NCBI RefSeq assembly: GCF_001194135.2
Contig: NC_068987.1
Coordinates: 17,581,557-17,645,556 of the forward strand
Direction: 5' to 3'
Source: Octopus bimaculoides
Taxonomy: Eukaryota
Length of the DNA stretch: 64,000 nt
Shown piece by piece: positions 24,191 to 38,256 of this stretch. The translations under genes were made by a program, and so were the position numbers. Position 1 is the first letter of the stretch; the number at the start of each line of letters is the position of its first letter. The notes beneath the pieces were generated by a model, which was given only the letters and a program-made list of their open reading frames with translations, had not been told where the DNA came from and ran no database searches.

Positions 24191-26444
24191 CCTACAGTGA
24201 ATGTGATATGTCTACTTTATAAACAAAATGGTAAGCTACTTAGTCGTTTCACCTGCAGTATTAGTGTGTGAGGAGTGCAAGAGAATAAGACATTCTGTAC
24301 GTTCAGTTCATACTACTGTTGTCTTCATTGAAAGACATGAGGTAGATATTCCTAATACAAGACGATATTTTATATAAGTTTTGTCGCGTGAGAGAATGCA
24401 GTGAGCTTAGAGACACGAGTTATAATTAAATGAATGAGGAGGAAACTTTAAGCTAGAGAGTTTGAAAATCATTTTTAGTGAAACTCACAAGAAATATACA
24501 TAGCGAAAGAGAGGGGGAATTGTACCAAGACATTAGACCTCAGTCAATATAGGTGTTGACACTACCTTAAAGAGTAAATTTAATGTATAAAGTGTTACTC
24601 TGACAGCGGATATGCATTAGCAATAGAGGATATAAGGCCTGTGTATAAGAAAGCAATACAATACTTAGGAGATAATTGATGTGGTCCGAATATTTGTATC
24701 AAATTGCAATATATACTTTTAATACATCCAAAACGACGTAATTCTTTATAAATCATTTCGCATTGAGAACTAACACCTTTATGTAGAAAACTGATGTATT
24801 GTGAAAAATAATATACCAAATTTTCTGCAGAATTTTGAAACAGAGCAGTAAAAATTGGCTGCATTTCCGGCTGTGGATATTCCAGTAAATAAAACTTGTT
24901 TCTGTTCTTTAATGCACTTACAGTGCACTTGCAGTTTCCTTCCTTTATTCAGCAGAAATACATTGAAATTTTCTCAAAATTTATAGCAAATTTTCTCCAG
25001 AAATTCGAAACAACAATAAAAATGATAGTTATAAAACGAAAGTATGCCTGCAAATAAACTTCGTTTCCGTTATTCAATGTTCTTATTTCGTAGTTTTCTT
25101 TTATTTAATATAAATAGGTTGAAGTTAAACAACATAGAATCTCTTGATTCTGTTATCAAATCACACAAAGCCAGAAAATGTTCTGTTTCATAAGAGAAAG
25201 CAACAAGTGTAATAAATTTAAACAATTATCTGTTCAGTCTGCCGACAGCCTATGGTGGTCACTGCAATTTGCGCGTATTTTTCCTGTTGTTTTTTCTTTT
25301 TCTTTTTTTACTCATCCATCCAGACGTATAATCTTTAACTGCCGTTGGCTATTCTCGAGCTTTAATACAAAACCTAGATTAATTCAAGCAACATTTCCAA
25401 TTGTCAAAGACCGACAGTTTCATTTGCATAACCTAATGCAATCGATATGAAGATTACAGACTTGTTGCTGTCTTTGATGGTGAGTCTAATATTGTTAAAG
25501 TTGTTATTTCTCTCAAGTTAGCCGCTACATTCTCCTCTTTTTCTTCTTGCAATTATTGTTGCAGGTCGTCCATGTATTTTCTAGCTGTTTAATTTTTTGT
25601 TTATTTCATCATCAATTTCAATTATTTCACTATGACAGATAAAGTTTTGTTTACCTTCTTTTTATAAATTATTTTTATTATCGCTTCCGCCCCACAAGTA
25701 TTTATTGCACTTTTGTTGTAATTGTTTTCATTCGACTTCATTCGAATTACAGTGTTCACTTGACCTAAACGTCACTTGATCGATTTATTTATTGTTATGT
25801 TTTATAATTATTCTTTCGCTTCTTTATGATCTGGAAATATTTTCGTTTCCTTTGGCAATGGATCATACTTGGAACTACACAGGATGTTTTAGTCTTCTGA
25901 GAGCTCCTTGTAATCACTTCTCTTTTATAACTTACAACCAATGTAATATATCTATTTTAGTAACAAAAATTTTGTTGACGTAGCATTTGTTGTTTGCAGC
26001 TTAAAGCAGCGTCAAAGATACCATGATTTCTAATTTCAACCAACTCTGTCTTAATTAACAACGAAAAACAGTAATATCAAACTGTGATCTATCTTTGTCA
26101 ATAAAGGAGAAATTGCGTAATAGAACATTAGTCATACACTTTACTGGTTGTAACTATTTTCGGCTTCGTTCAACACCCACATATATTTCGAAACATTTTG
26201 GAGAGAAATTGATATATTTGGAAATAATAACAGAGGAGATACATAGATATACTAGTAGGTGAATTGTCAGTGTATCATGAGGGCAGGCAGGAATATGGGG
26301 TTGAGAAATTTGCTTCAATATCACACGGTGCCGTGTTCGATTCCATTTCGTTCCATGTTAGCAAAAGTTACCAGAACGGTGCAATTCGATACAGCCTTAT
26401 GCGCGCGCGCGCGAAGACCCATCGCACATATATATATATATATA

Positions 26445-26902
26445 GGCACAGCATTGCTGTGTGGTAAGAAGCTTACTTCCCAACCACATGGTTCCGCGTT
26501 CAGTCCCACTGTTTTGCACTTTGGGCCAATGTTTTCTACAATAGCTTCGGGCCGACCAAAGCCTTTGAGCGAATTTGGTAAACGGAAACTGAAAGAAGCC
26601 TGCCGTGTATATATATATATGTGTGTGTGTGTGCGTGTGTGTGTGTATGCGTGTGTGCGGGTGCGAGTATTTCGCTGTGTTTCTGTGTTTGCCACCCCAC
26701 CGTCGCTTGACAACCGATGTTGGTGTGTTTACGTTCACGTAAATTAGCAGTTCGGCAAAAGGGACCGATAAAATAAGCACTAGGCTTTAAAGAAATAAGT
26801 CCCGGGGCCGATTTGTTTGACTAAAGCGTGGTGCCCTTGCATGGCCGCAGTCAAAATGACTGAAACAAGTAAAAGAATAAAAAAAGAATAAAAAAAAAGA
26901 AT
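26445..26902 (+). mobile_element. SINE family A, full length with internal TA/TG tract
   Basis: Head, CORE-like block, internal microsatellite and tail AAAAGAATAA. Confidence 0.9.
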
Positions 26903-26989
26903 ATTGGGTTCTGTAGCATAGTGTAAATACAGAAATAAATTTCCATACATAGAAGATCACCCGATCTATTGTTTGCAAATGTGAATATG

Positions 26990-27410
26990 TTATTTAGACC
27001 GCTTGTACATGCTGAAGAAAGATGGCGTGCTAGTGTGCTGCTCGCAACGTTATCCTTACTGGAACCTCACCACATTAATTGACTGAAAGATTGCATCGAG
27101 TGAAAATCTCTAGCCTTTTCTGCAAGATGATGTACTCGATAGCCGAAAGAGATGAGTTTGTGGAAGTGTATGTGAGAATGGATTCTGTTAAGCAAAACGC
27201 GTGAAATTTTTGAAGCCAAGTTTCCAGTTAATGGATTACCCCATCCTTCTCCCTGCTCTGCCTCTCGTATCTCTTCTTGGTCTTCCTGTGGTTCAACACT
27301 CTATTCGACCATCACCCCTGAACCGCATACATCCTCCTTCCACGTACTTTTTATTCGCCTTCTTCTTCACCCATGCTACCCTTAAACTCTCTCAAATTAT
27401 GATCTAAACG
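26990..27410 (-). mobile_element. Probable RTE LINE 3' fragment
   Basis: Antisense translation contains TTGRPRRDTRGR, resembling the RTE C-terminal G.R.RGRP motif; heavily decayed. Confidence 0.35.
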
Positions 27411-27504
27411 GTTAGTTACAAATCGTACGTCCCCGAAGACGTAGGCCGGCTTAAAGTCATAGCCTTCGCATTTTTGCACGCTTGATAAGGCAACTTTATA
27501 ATTA

Positions 27505-28004
27505 GTACGTAACAAGTATACCCGTGCCGTCAGAAATGGCAGTATGAAAACGATACGAAAATAAAATTAAAATTAAGAGCGTACCTTTATCTTAGTAACT
27601 GCTTCAACACCAAGTTTCTAAAGAAAACCCTACTTCCAATGAGTTCGCTTTGTTTTGGATGGTCCTTTACCGACGTTTTAATATTATTTCTGCTTCTAGT
27701 TCTAATCAATGCAACATAAAATTTTAGAATACTGGTGATGGTAGGATGATGCCAACATTATTGAAGCTCTGCCCTTGTGAGTTGTTTATAGTTATTGCAA
27801 ATGCTGGGATAACAGGAAACTGTCATCTACTTACACTAAAGAGAAGGGTAATCTCACTGGGACGGAGGTTTATTCCGCGAATCAACCTCCCCTTTCTAAC
27901 TTCCATTAAGTATTTTACCATGAATGAAGAAATGCTTGATGCACAGCACTAAGATCCAGGTTTCATTGAGTAAACCTCTCACAGGATTCAACTAAAATTA
28001 TCAG
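27505..28004 (-). pseudogene. Helitron PIF1-type helicase 3' relic
   Basis: NPVRGLLNET.ILVL..FIPRINL..R*QFPVIPAFAITINNSQGQSFNNVGIILPSPVF matches the Helitron helicase motif RRQFP..AFA.TINKSQGQ; GC-rich hairpin-like sequence near 27520-27540 consistent with a 3' terminus. Confidence 0.85.
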
Positions 28005-28083
28005 TGAACTGATAATTTTAGTTGAATCCTGTGAGAGGTTTACTCAATGAAACCCGGATCTTAGTGCTGTGCATCAAGCATTT
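27930..28083. repeat. Near-perfect 154-bp palindrome (75-bp arms, 4-nt loop TGAA, one A/G difference)
   Basis: Arms 27930-28004 and 28009-28083 are reverse complements except CCAGG versus CCGGG. Confidence 0.95.
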
Positions 28084-28415
28084 GGATAAACAACACTGTA
28101 TACCATAAATATACATACACACATTGGAGTCGAAATATTAGAGCAACTTATCTTCGGAAAATGTAAACAAAATATTTCACCTGTGAAATGATTCTTCTGA
28201 GTGTCCTGTAACCCTGTTTTATAGGGAAGTCTCTGCAGGCATATATAATGTAGTAGTATGTTCCGGATATGGTACTGTCAACAGTTTCTAACTAACTTTT
28301 CTTCACAATTATAATCCTGTTGATATGTATTTCAAGAAGAACCTTTCCCAAGGTTTTATCTTGGAATAAACAATACATATTTGATTGTTAAATTTATTAT
28401 ATCTTCTTCATTAGA

Positions 28416-28448
<33 letters not shown>

Positions 28449-28643
28449 CGTGTATGTACGTATCTCTCTCTCTCTATATATATATGCATATATGTATGTA
28501 TGTATGTATATATGTATATATATGTGTGTGTGTCCTTATATATAATTACATGTGTATATGCTCAATCGCAATCCTGTTTATTTGCATCATTATGTCACAT
28601 TTCTCTCTCTCTCTCTCTTTCTTTCTCTCTTTCTCTCTCTCTA

Positions 28644-28675
<32 letters not shown>

Positions 28676-29298
28676 CCTGTTACGATCGCGCGCACTATGT
28701 GGTAGGCAAGTCGGATAAGAGATGTACTAGCATTACTTTTACTTGTATGTTAGAACCATTTCGACAATAGATGAATCAGAAATCATATAACATGGTAGAA
28801 AAATAACATGGTAGAAAAAATAAAGATGAATATAAACAATGATTATCTAATTTACGCTATATTACATGCTATCTCCTATCATCTCATCAATACCAAATGA
28901 CAAATCAATAAACTCGCCCTTGGATCAATACACCTACACACACCCACACATACATATATATGTATATATGCATATATATCCAAAAGGGAGACGAACAGCA
29001 TTCCTCCATTTGATCGGGTTGAAAACTTATTAAGATACTAAGATATTTTTCTTAACATGAAGCCAGTGGTCACAACAATACACAAATTAATAAACTTAAT
29101 CCACCTATACGGTGTTGAGCACTCATTTTCATCGTTCGGCACTTACGTATACACACACACTAACATATATACATAGATATATATATACACATGTGTATGT
29201 ATATATATATGGATATATATATACGTATACATATATATATATATATATATATATATGGATACACATATATATACACACTCACATATACATATATACGT

Positions 29299-29343
<45 letters not shown>

Positions 29344-29839
29344 CATATGAATATAAACATATACATACATACGTATATATACACACACACAAACAACGAG
29401 AGGATCATAGTGTGTAACGTGGAAGTGATCACTTACGGATAGGGTTAAACAGACACTAAGGAAAAACTGTTACTGTCCTGATTGATAAAATCGGTTAAAG
29501 ACACTGTAGTTATCAACTAGACCAAACAATCAAACATTTTGCTGCTGAAGTAAGCAAAATAGTATTTAAATTTGGGAATCGGTTAAACAGAGAATCTTCA
29601 ATTAACTGGGATGGGTATGTCTAGAGTAACTTCAAAGAAACAGAAATAATTACAGACAAAAAGAAAAGATGGAAAGAAATGAAATGAGAAGAGAGGTAGA
29701 GAAAGAGTGTGAGATACAAAGAAACAAACCAAAAATAGACATAGTGGATACAGATAAAATCAAAGAATCTTGGCAATATTATATAAAATTCAGTCTAAAA
29801 TTTAGTAGAGCATCGAGTCAATATATAATCAAATCATAA

Positions 29840-29998
29840 GGCGTGGCTGTGTGGTAAGAAGCTCACTTTTCACCCACCTGGTTTAGGGTCCCCCCCCCAT
29901 TGCGTGGCACCTTGAGCAAGTCTTCTGCTATAGTCTCGGGCCAACGAAAGCCTTGTGAATGGATTTGGTAGACGGAAACTGAAAGAAGCCGGCCGTAT
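29840..29998 (+). mobile_element. SINE family A, 5' half
   Basis: GGCGTGGCTGTGTGGTAAGAAGC head and GGCACCTTGAGCAAGT CORE-like block. Confidence 0.85.
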
Positions 29999-31045
29999 AC
30001 ATACATACATACATACATATATACATACTTACATACACATACACACATAATAAACATTATTTGGTCACATTCCATGATTATTTCACTAATAAATTACTTA
30101 CATTATATTTTAATGTTGCTAAATGGTATTCAATTTCAGAAACAGAAAAATATGTCTCAGGCCGTTTTGTCCAAACGGGTTTTGTCGCAGGGGTTTTGTC
30201 CTAGGGAGTTAAGTCCAACACTCTCTTATACTAGTATAGAATAACTTCAAAGATAAAGAGAAAGCATTGCATTTATAAAACAGTAGATTTATCCACTTAT
30301 AGCTGGATAAAGGCCATCAACGTATTATCACTTCAAATTGGTATTTTTTTCTTGCACTGTTTCTAAGCATCCAATGAATGAAAAGTGCCTCTACAGTCGA
30401 TATATATGTCTGCATTTAATTTGGAGACGGATACTTATTAATGATTCTCTTACTAATTTAGTTTAGTTTTCAATAATAAGAATATAAAAAAATAAATATA
30501 TATGAGTAAAATAAAAGAGAAAAAGCTCAATGTGCACATATATTCATGTGTGGGTATGCAGGAGTATTTAACTGAGAGATACATGGAGTGAGTGCGAGAG
30601 TAAGAGTTGATTGTACATATGTGTATACACATACACACACACACACATACATGTATGTATATTTCTATGTATATCGATATTTATACCTATATGTATAGGC
30701 CTATATATATANNNNNNNNNNNNNNNNNNNNNNNNNNNNNNNNNNNNNNNNNNNNNNNNNNNNNNNNNNNNNNNNNNNNNNNNNNNNNNNNNNNNNNNNN
30801 NNNNNNNNNNNNNNNNNNNNNNNNNNNNNNNNNNNNNNNNNNNNNNNNNNNNNNNNNNNNNNNNNNNNNNNNNNNNNNNNNNNNNNNNNNNNNNNNNNNN
30901 NNNNNNNNNNNNNNNNNNNNNNNNNNNNNNNNNNNNNNNNNNNNNNNNNNNNNNNNNNNNNNNNNNNNNNNNNNNNNNNNNNNNNNNNNNNNNNNNNNNN
31001 NNNNNNNNNNNNNNNNNNNNNNNNNNNNNNNNNNNNNNNNNNNNN

Positions 31046-31081
<36 letters not shown>

Positions 31082-33070
31082 TGAGAGAGAGAGGGAGGAG
31101 AGGAAGAGAAAGAAAAAGACAGGAATAAAGAGACCTGGATGAGAAATTAAGAAAACCAATGTCATAGAGTTAGATACAGGTGTACATACACATAGAGTGG
31201 GTGAGGCGGAATGGAAAATATAAAGAGGGAAACATTTTGCGAATGAGAGTGAAAGAACAACAAAAATAAAGATTAGCACAATGTTTTAAAATGAAACTTG
31301 AGTTTTAGGATTTATTTTGCTTATTATTTTTTTCTTTTTCTCCTCAGTGTTTTATTTATACGCTTTTCTAATTAGATTTTGTTTTGAAAACAATGGATAA
31401 TTTTCGCTTTAATTATGTTATACTAAGAAGTATATATATATTATTTCAGTTGAGTTTTTCTCTTTCAGCTGTATTATATTTCTTTTGTTTATTAGTATTA
31501 TTTTTATTATATTTATTATTTTCTACAGTTTCAGGCGAGATTCTACTGCGCCACCAGGTGCACTTTCGTGTTCCTCAGGTGCGTGCAGTATTGTGTTCTG
31601 GGAATGTAGAATTTTGTTTTGTATGTATATGTTATTAGTTTTACATCATTGTGAGATTTGGCTTATTATTTCGATCTTTATTTCTGTGTTTCGTCTCCAA
31701 GTTGCGTTATGTTCTTGCTTGGATGTTTATATTTCGTGTATGTTATGTGATGCTGTTACGTGGTCTGGTGACGGGCGGTGAATAACAAAAGCAATGCTCA
31801 ACAAACAACGGCCCAAGACCATATTTTATACCACCCACCATTTTCACTGAATATATGATTTTTGTTTGCCTTCTCTATTTTTCGGTTATCGAATTATAAA
31901 ATTCAATAGCGAGAAATGAAGAAAAAAAAATTTATTTCATAGCCCCATATGAATCCATATCATAAATCAATGTGTAAAAATTGAAAACATCTCACTTGGT
32001 AAAAATAAATGCACGTTTCTCTTGGGGTAAGATTTTAAATAATAAATGTTTTCACCTCAAAAATTCATTAACAGAGGCGGAAAGCGTGTAATTATAGCAG
32101 TATAGTTGACATGAACCATCGCTGCTAAGACAAGAAGGAATCACAAAAAAATGAATTGCTTCTTTGACTGTTGAGGAGAGCAGTTAAACTCTTTGGTGCC
32201 ACAATTATCACGAAACCTGCAAGTATATCGTTTGAATTGTTTTATCTTTCAACTGTTTGCCATGTCATAACTGGCATATATCTTCTTGTCTGCTGAGGAA
32301 AGCATGTAAGCAGGATAATGCTACGTTTATCTCGAAGAAGCCAGCAAGGGTTCTTGCTAAAAGTATTTTAAAATATCCGTGTATGCCCTGTCATAATTGG
32401 CATATGGAGATTGTTTAAGTCTTTAAAAATGTAGCAATTGTCATACTGGCAAATGTGAAGGATTCATGTACTTAATTATTTTCAAAAGCTTCATGAGGAC
32501 CAGTCAGAAACTTGTAGCCACATTGGCTTATTTTCTGTACAACTCGCTAATGGAAAGTATAATTTTATAATGCGTTTTCAGTCCACTCTAACGTGAAATT
32601 CTCAAAAATCTACAGATAATTATATTGGTCGTTCGTGTATTTGCATATTGAGCTTTATTAACCTAAACCTTTCAGCTTCATGAGAAGAAAAATTGTTGAA
32701 TATCCATCCCTCAGGTGACGTATGTAAATAACATTATTTTCTATAGCACACAACACGCAATCGCAACATTCAACTTTATCAACACGAAAATATGTATAAT
32801 AGAATGTGTTTCATATAGACCTTAATTTACTTACTAATGGAGACATGAAACATATTTCTCTATAAGCATATCTGTTCATTTTGAATGTATATTACGCTAC
32901 GTTTGCAAGCACATGGGTTGTTTAATTACACATACATACATACATACATACATACATACATACATACATACATACAAACATATATACATACATACATATA
33001 TACATACAACATAAGTACACACACACATGTATATATGTATATATACATATATATACACACATATACATAA

Positions 33071-33156
<86 letters not shown>

Positions 33157-33449
33157 ATATATGTATACGTGCATAAATATGTGTGTGGGTAAAATGACAC
33201 AAGAGAAAGAGCAACTATACTCGTCTTTATCAACATAGCATGAGGAAATGTTTTGTGACTATACCATTGTATATTGAGTGTAATAAGCAGTTTGACTTTG
33301 TCGCAGTTTTAGATAAATATAATGTACTGAATCATTACCATCTCATTATTTTCACATAACAGAACAGCAAGTCTGCTTGAGACTATTTTAACCCATTAGT
33401 CGTTTCTCAGTAGGATATATATCAATATTTTAACTGTTAATGCTAAATT

Positions 33450-33930
33450 GAAAATAGCGTATTGGTAAGCTAAGGAGAAGTATTGTTGACGGTGAATAAA
33501 ATTTAAACAAGATACAAGTATTTGAAAATGTATGTCCAGAAAAAGTAATATATTCCAGAATATTTGTCTGTCTCAAAACAGAGTAACACGACGTATTGAA
33601 GACAATGGAGATAATCTCTTGAGCTGATTAAACAATAAACAACAACTTTTCCACCGTTTTTTTTAATGCAGCTTTTGATGAATTATAGGCAGGTTTTCAT
33701 TAACTTCGAATTCATAAAAGAACTAGACTTAAGGAGCTGCGCGTATGAAATAAACTACTGCTGACGAGAAATATCTAAAGAGCATTTACACTGATTGTGG
33801 AAACAGGTATGGCGTACAAAAATGGTTTTTACCTGGGAAAGGAAAGTCTTCAAACCATATAGTGGTATGGAATGTATAAATCTTATAGTGTTTCAGTACA
33901 CTTTAGCAGGCCTCTTTGTGCGAAACATTC
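33450..33930 (+). pseudogene. hAT (Charlie/SPIN/Buster-type) transposase relic
   Basis: Frameshifted VCPEK..FQNICLSQNRVTRRIEDNGDNLL, KSIYTDCGNRYG and LCAK correspond to LCPEK..ISLSRNTVARRIED, S.TTDGA..M.G and HCIIHQ..LCAK. Confidence 0.7.
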
Positions 33931-34469
33931 AGAGTGCATTATACTTCTATGACCTAATTACTGAACAGTGGAAGAAACTATCCAACACTGTATAACTGAA
34001 AACAAACCACATTACACCAAAGCTGTTGATAAAAAATGCTAAAATTCAAAACATTGTTTTTGAAACACAGACCAGAAACCTGTAAACATACAGCTAATAT
34101 ACTAATAGTCAATATCAGTTAAACATGTGTTTATTGTTGTCAATTTCATTACATCAGCTCTTGTATTGATCATTTAACAAATACATTCTTCGGTCGGCTT
34201 ACCATGCAGCCACCATGAGTATCTCGTACGATACAGAGAAATATATTTAAGTAAGGATGCAAAACTAGAAACATTTTGATGGAAGCAATTGTCCAAGAAT
34301 TGTTCAAAGAATAAAATACATAACAAACGTTAAAATATTGAATTATCAATCGTACATTCAACATATATTAGTTTCAACTAAATGTAAATAAACATGGTCA
34401 AAATTTAAATTCTGGTGGTCATCAAACACACATAGATACTCAGATATACATATATACACTTACACCTAT

Positions 34470-34765
34470 GATCAATGTGATTGTTTATATGAAACCTTCA
34501 GTGTTTGCTTTCAATCCTGAGCTTCTCAGCCACTGATGGGGTGTTGCTTGATCTACATCAGTATTTCGGCTTCGAAGTATATACTGTCCATATAGAGGCT
34601 TCTGTCTCCACTACTCTTCGGTTTGTTTTGCCCGTTCTTTTTTGAAGTCTGTTTGATCCATTTTGCTCGTTTCGTGGCACTGCTTACCGGTTCTTCATCT
34701 TATTCAGGGTTAATGCGTAGTTCTCTTGTGAATTTGCAAGCTTCCTTGACAAGCTTCCTTGCACC
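34470..34765 (-). pseudogene. R4/Dong-clade LINE fragment
   Basis: WRQKPLYGQYILRSRNTDVDQATPHQWLRSSGLKANTEGFI, same family as 8500-8620. Confidence 0.8.
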
Positions 34766-34779
34766 CTCACATAATATTA

Positions 34780-34782
<3 letters not shown>

Positions 34783-34841
<59 letters not shown>

Positions 34842-34901
34842 CATAATAATAATAATAATAATAATAGTAACAACAACGACAACAACAGCAACAACAACAA
34901 C

Positions 34902-34988
<87 letters not shown>
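34783..34988. repeat. (AAT)n-(AAC)n-(AAT)n microsatellite
   Basis: Direct reading; source of the poly-N/poly-I ORFs. Confidence 0.95.
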
Positions 34989-36243
34989 TGATGCAAATTT
35001 TATTTCGCTCCTCCATCGTAATAGTAACGATCGTAAAAGCAATTTCCCTGTAACAAATAATTTATTCTTATATTTCAGTTTCGGAATTCATGATTAATTA
35101 CAAATAAACAATGACATATAATGAAAGAAAAATATAATACTCACCGTTCTGTTTATTAATAATGGCAAATCTTGTTTTCTTTGGGAAATATCATTGTGTC
35201 AATTGTGTGACCAGCAACTGATAAGCTACCTGCCTTTTCCCTCTTTTTGTCTCTAGCTTCCTTTCACTCTGTCGTTCTATATCTCTTTATCACTCTGTTT
35301 CTCTCTCTATGTATATATAATGTATGTAAATATATATGTATATAAATGTGAGAGAGAAGATGTGTGTGTGTTTGTGTATGTTTCTATTTNNNNNNNNNNN
35401 NNNNNNNNNNNNNNNNNNNNNNNNNNNNNNNNNNNNNNNNNNNNNNNNNNNNNNNNNNNNNNNNNNNNNNNNNNNNNNNNNNNNNNNNNNNNNNNNNNNN
35501 NNNNNNNNNNNNNNNNNNNNNNNNNNNNNNNNNNNNNNNNNNNNNNNNNNNNNNNNNNNNNNNNNNNNNNNNNNNNNNNNNNNNNNNNNNNNNNNNNNNN
35601 NNNNNNNNNNNNNNNNNNNNNNNNNNNNNNNNNNNNNNNNNNNNNNNNNNNNNNNNNNNNNNNNNNNNNNNNNNNNNNNNNNNNNNNNNNNNNNNNNNNN
35701 NNNNNNNNNNNNNNNNNNNNNNNCAACATACATAATATATATATATGTATATATTCATATATATAAGTATATGCATATATATACGTAGACATAATCTCAT
35801 GTGTATATATGTGTTTATGCATATATATTTGGATGTATGTGTATATATGTATAAACACGAAATATAGTAATTTTGTGTGCATCATGTATTTTGGTGAAAA
35901 GCCACCAATCTCGCGCATAAATAATAAACGCCATTGTAAATTATTCCCAAAGGCTATAAATCTTACCAAATTAAAATCTTTCAGCTTCTTTTACTGTGTT
36001 CTATAACGTCACCAGAGAGGAAAGAGAAGCAACAATTACATGAGATGACGCTTTCAGATATTGCTTTTCATGCTAAACCTAACTTGTAAATGTGGTACGC
36101 ATTCTGAAATGGAGGGAAATGAGTTCGATTCAACATCTTGACAATAGAAAGGGAAAAAAGAACAAGTTCGGGAATACATTTATGAGAGTGAGTTTAAGGA
36201 GTTTCATGTAGATACAAATGATCTCTGTGTTGGTTCTACTGTA

Positions 36244-36597
36244 CGAGGTCTGATCAATACGTATCCGGACTGTTACCATAGTAATGAAGCTAAAAGATGC
36301 AGAGTGAAGCTGCTCGCTACAGATTGACCTTGAACGCTGCTATGAATGCACACAAGGTTTTAACGTTCTAGCTCACTTCCGCTGTTTGCAGCAGTGCTTG
36401 GAAGGAACGTGTGTAGCGTGTGATCGTTGCATTGACTATCAAAGAGAAAGTTTGTTATTGCAATACCTGCTCAGAAGTCAAAACTTAGTGCGCATGCACT
36501 GCAGTTTTCAGGGTCAATCTGTACCAAGCGGCTTTACTCTGTGTGCTTTCGCTTTGTTACTATAGCAGCAGTCCAGATTCTTATTGATCAGACCAGG
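36244..36597. mobile_element. Mariner-type non-autonomous element (MITE) with long TIRs and TA target duplication
   Basis: TA|CGAGGTCTGATCAAT... and ...ATTGATCAGACCAGG|TA; about 130 bp of imperfect terminal inverted similarity. Confidence 0.85.
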
Positions 36598-36639
36598 TAT
36601 GGTTGTTTGGTTGCTTTTTATAGACACAAAGGCTTATGC

Positions 36640-37255
36640 TGTGGGAGAAGGCCTAGTCAAATGTTCGAACCAAGTGTGCAAGAGGTTTTTGTCTTATTGA
36701 CCCCGGAAGAATGGAATGCATAGTGAACATCGGTGGAATTTCCACTCAGAAAGTAAGGAAGGGCGAAATACCACTAAGAATTTTATCCGGCCTGCTAACG
36801 GTTCTTCCAGGTCACAGCCTTCTAACCCGTGACAATGCTTTCTACTATAGACAAACGTTCTAAAATTTGGGGTAAGTGCTCAACTGGTATTTCATCGATC
36901 CTGAATGGATGGAGGTTAAAGTCGACCTCAGCAGAATTTAAACTAAGAACTTAAAGGCAGGCAGTATGCCTCAGAAGTTCTTTTTCCGACGTGCTAACAC
37001 TTCTGTTAGATCGCTTCCTTAACCTGTCGTAATAATCACGTGATGATGGTTTGAAATGCTGATACAAGGCCATCAATTCTGAGAGCGGGACTAAGTCGAT
37101 TACATCGACCCCAGTGCACAAGTATTACTTACTTCATCGACGCCGAAATGATGAAAGGTAAATTCGACTTCGGCAGAATTTGAACTCAGAAACTGAAGAC
37201 CGACAAACTGTTACCAATCATTTTGTCAGTATGCTAACGATTCTGCCTAGCTTAA
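36640..37255 (-). mobile_element. Cluster of three decayed SINE family B copies
   Basis: Three successive antisense GACCCC/GATCC..GAA..ATG.A.GG..AAGTCGAC..GGAATTT.AACTCAG blocks. Confidence 0.75.
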
Positions 37256-38011
37256 CCTCTAAGAATAAACATACAATAATCAACGCCAGTCTACAGAGTT
37301 AAAAATATTGATACAATCTGCATTATATATACAACACCAACTTAACTTCCAGGAAAACATTACAGTACAAAGCACCCATACACTTAATCCATTTTGGCCA
37401 TTTTATCCAGCATTTCTTACCCAGTAAACGTTTTGTGTTGCACTTATCGTATGTAGCTTTACTAATTTACATTACCACAGTATAGTATTCATCGTCTGGA
37501 AAACAGTTTGATTGAATATATCTGTCTGTCATGAAACTACCTCTTACCAATATTCTGTGGCATTAACTATTGTTTACGTAGTTATAATTCAATAGTTATC
37601 CGAGACATTGTGGCTTTCTCTGTTTCGTTGTTTTATATCTTATTAATAAATGCCTAAGCAACGTATATCAGTGAACGTTTATCATGTCTATGAGAGAAAA
37701 CTTACGTGGTTAACTACATTATTAGTATATTCAGACGTACGGAAAATTGTCATGTAACAACCTATTACAGACCATAAACCTACGCGCGTATTAACCCACG
37801 TATGCACGCATTCACACACACGCATACAGAAATACACATAAAAGTCATGCATCCACTCACCTTACGAACATAAACCGTCACTCAAGGACATATACACATT
37901 TTATATATAAATATATATATATACATGTATGTGTGTATGTATATATGTGTGTGTATGTGTGTATGTGTGTATATGGAAATATATATATATAATGAGTATA
38001 TATATATATAT

Positions 38012-38051
<40 letters not shown>

Positions 38052-38079
38052 GGAAGATTGATAGACAGAATAGAATAGG

Positions 38080-38147
38080 ATAGATAGATAGATAGATAGA
38101 TACATAGATTGATAGATAGATAGATAAATAGGTTTGTAGATAGATGC

Positions 38148-38223
<76 letters not shown>

Positions 38224-38256
38224 ATAGGTTTGTAGATAGATACATAGATAGTTCGG

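Noticed and set aside
24595-24950. Stop-free minus-strand frame of about 117 codons
   Set aside because: No recognisable domain or flanking splice pair; about one frame of this length is expected by chance in this much AT-rich sequence.
31529-31578. GC-rich plus-strand exon candidate with good splice sites
   Set aside because: All three frames are open and the splice-like signals coincide with antisense CTGAGGA and GAAAC motifs, suggesting a decayed Penelope-type terminus; neither an exon nor a foldable hammerhead can be supported.
32100-32560. Repeated TGCCA(G/A)T(T)ATGACA motifs hinting at a Cys-rich transposase tail
   Set aside because: Too degenerate to assign a family.
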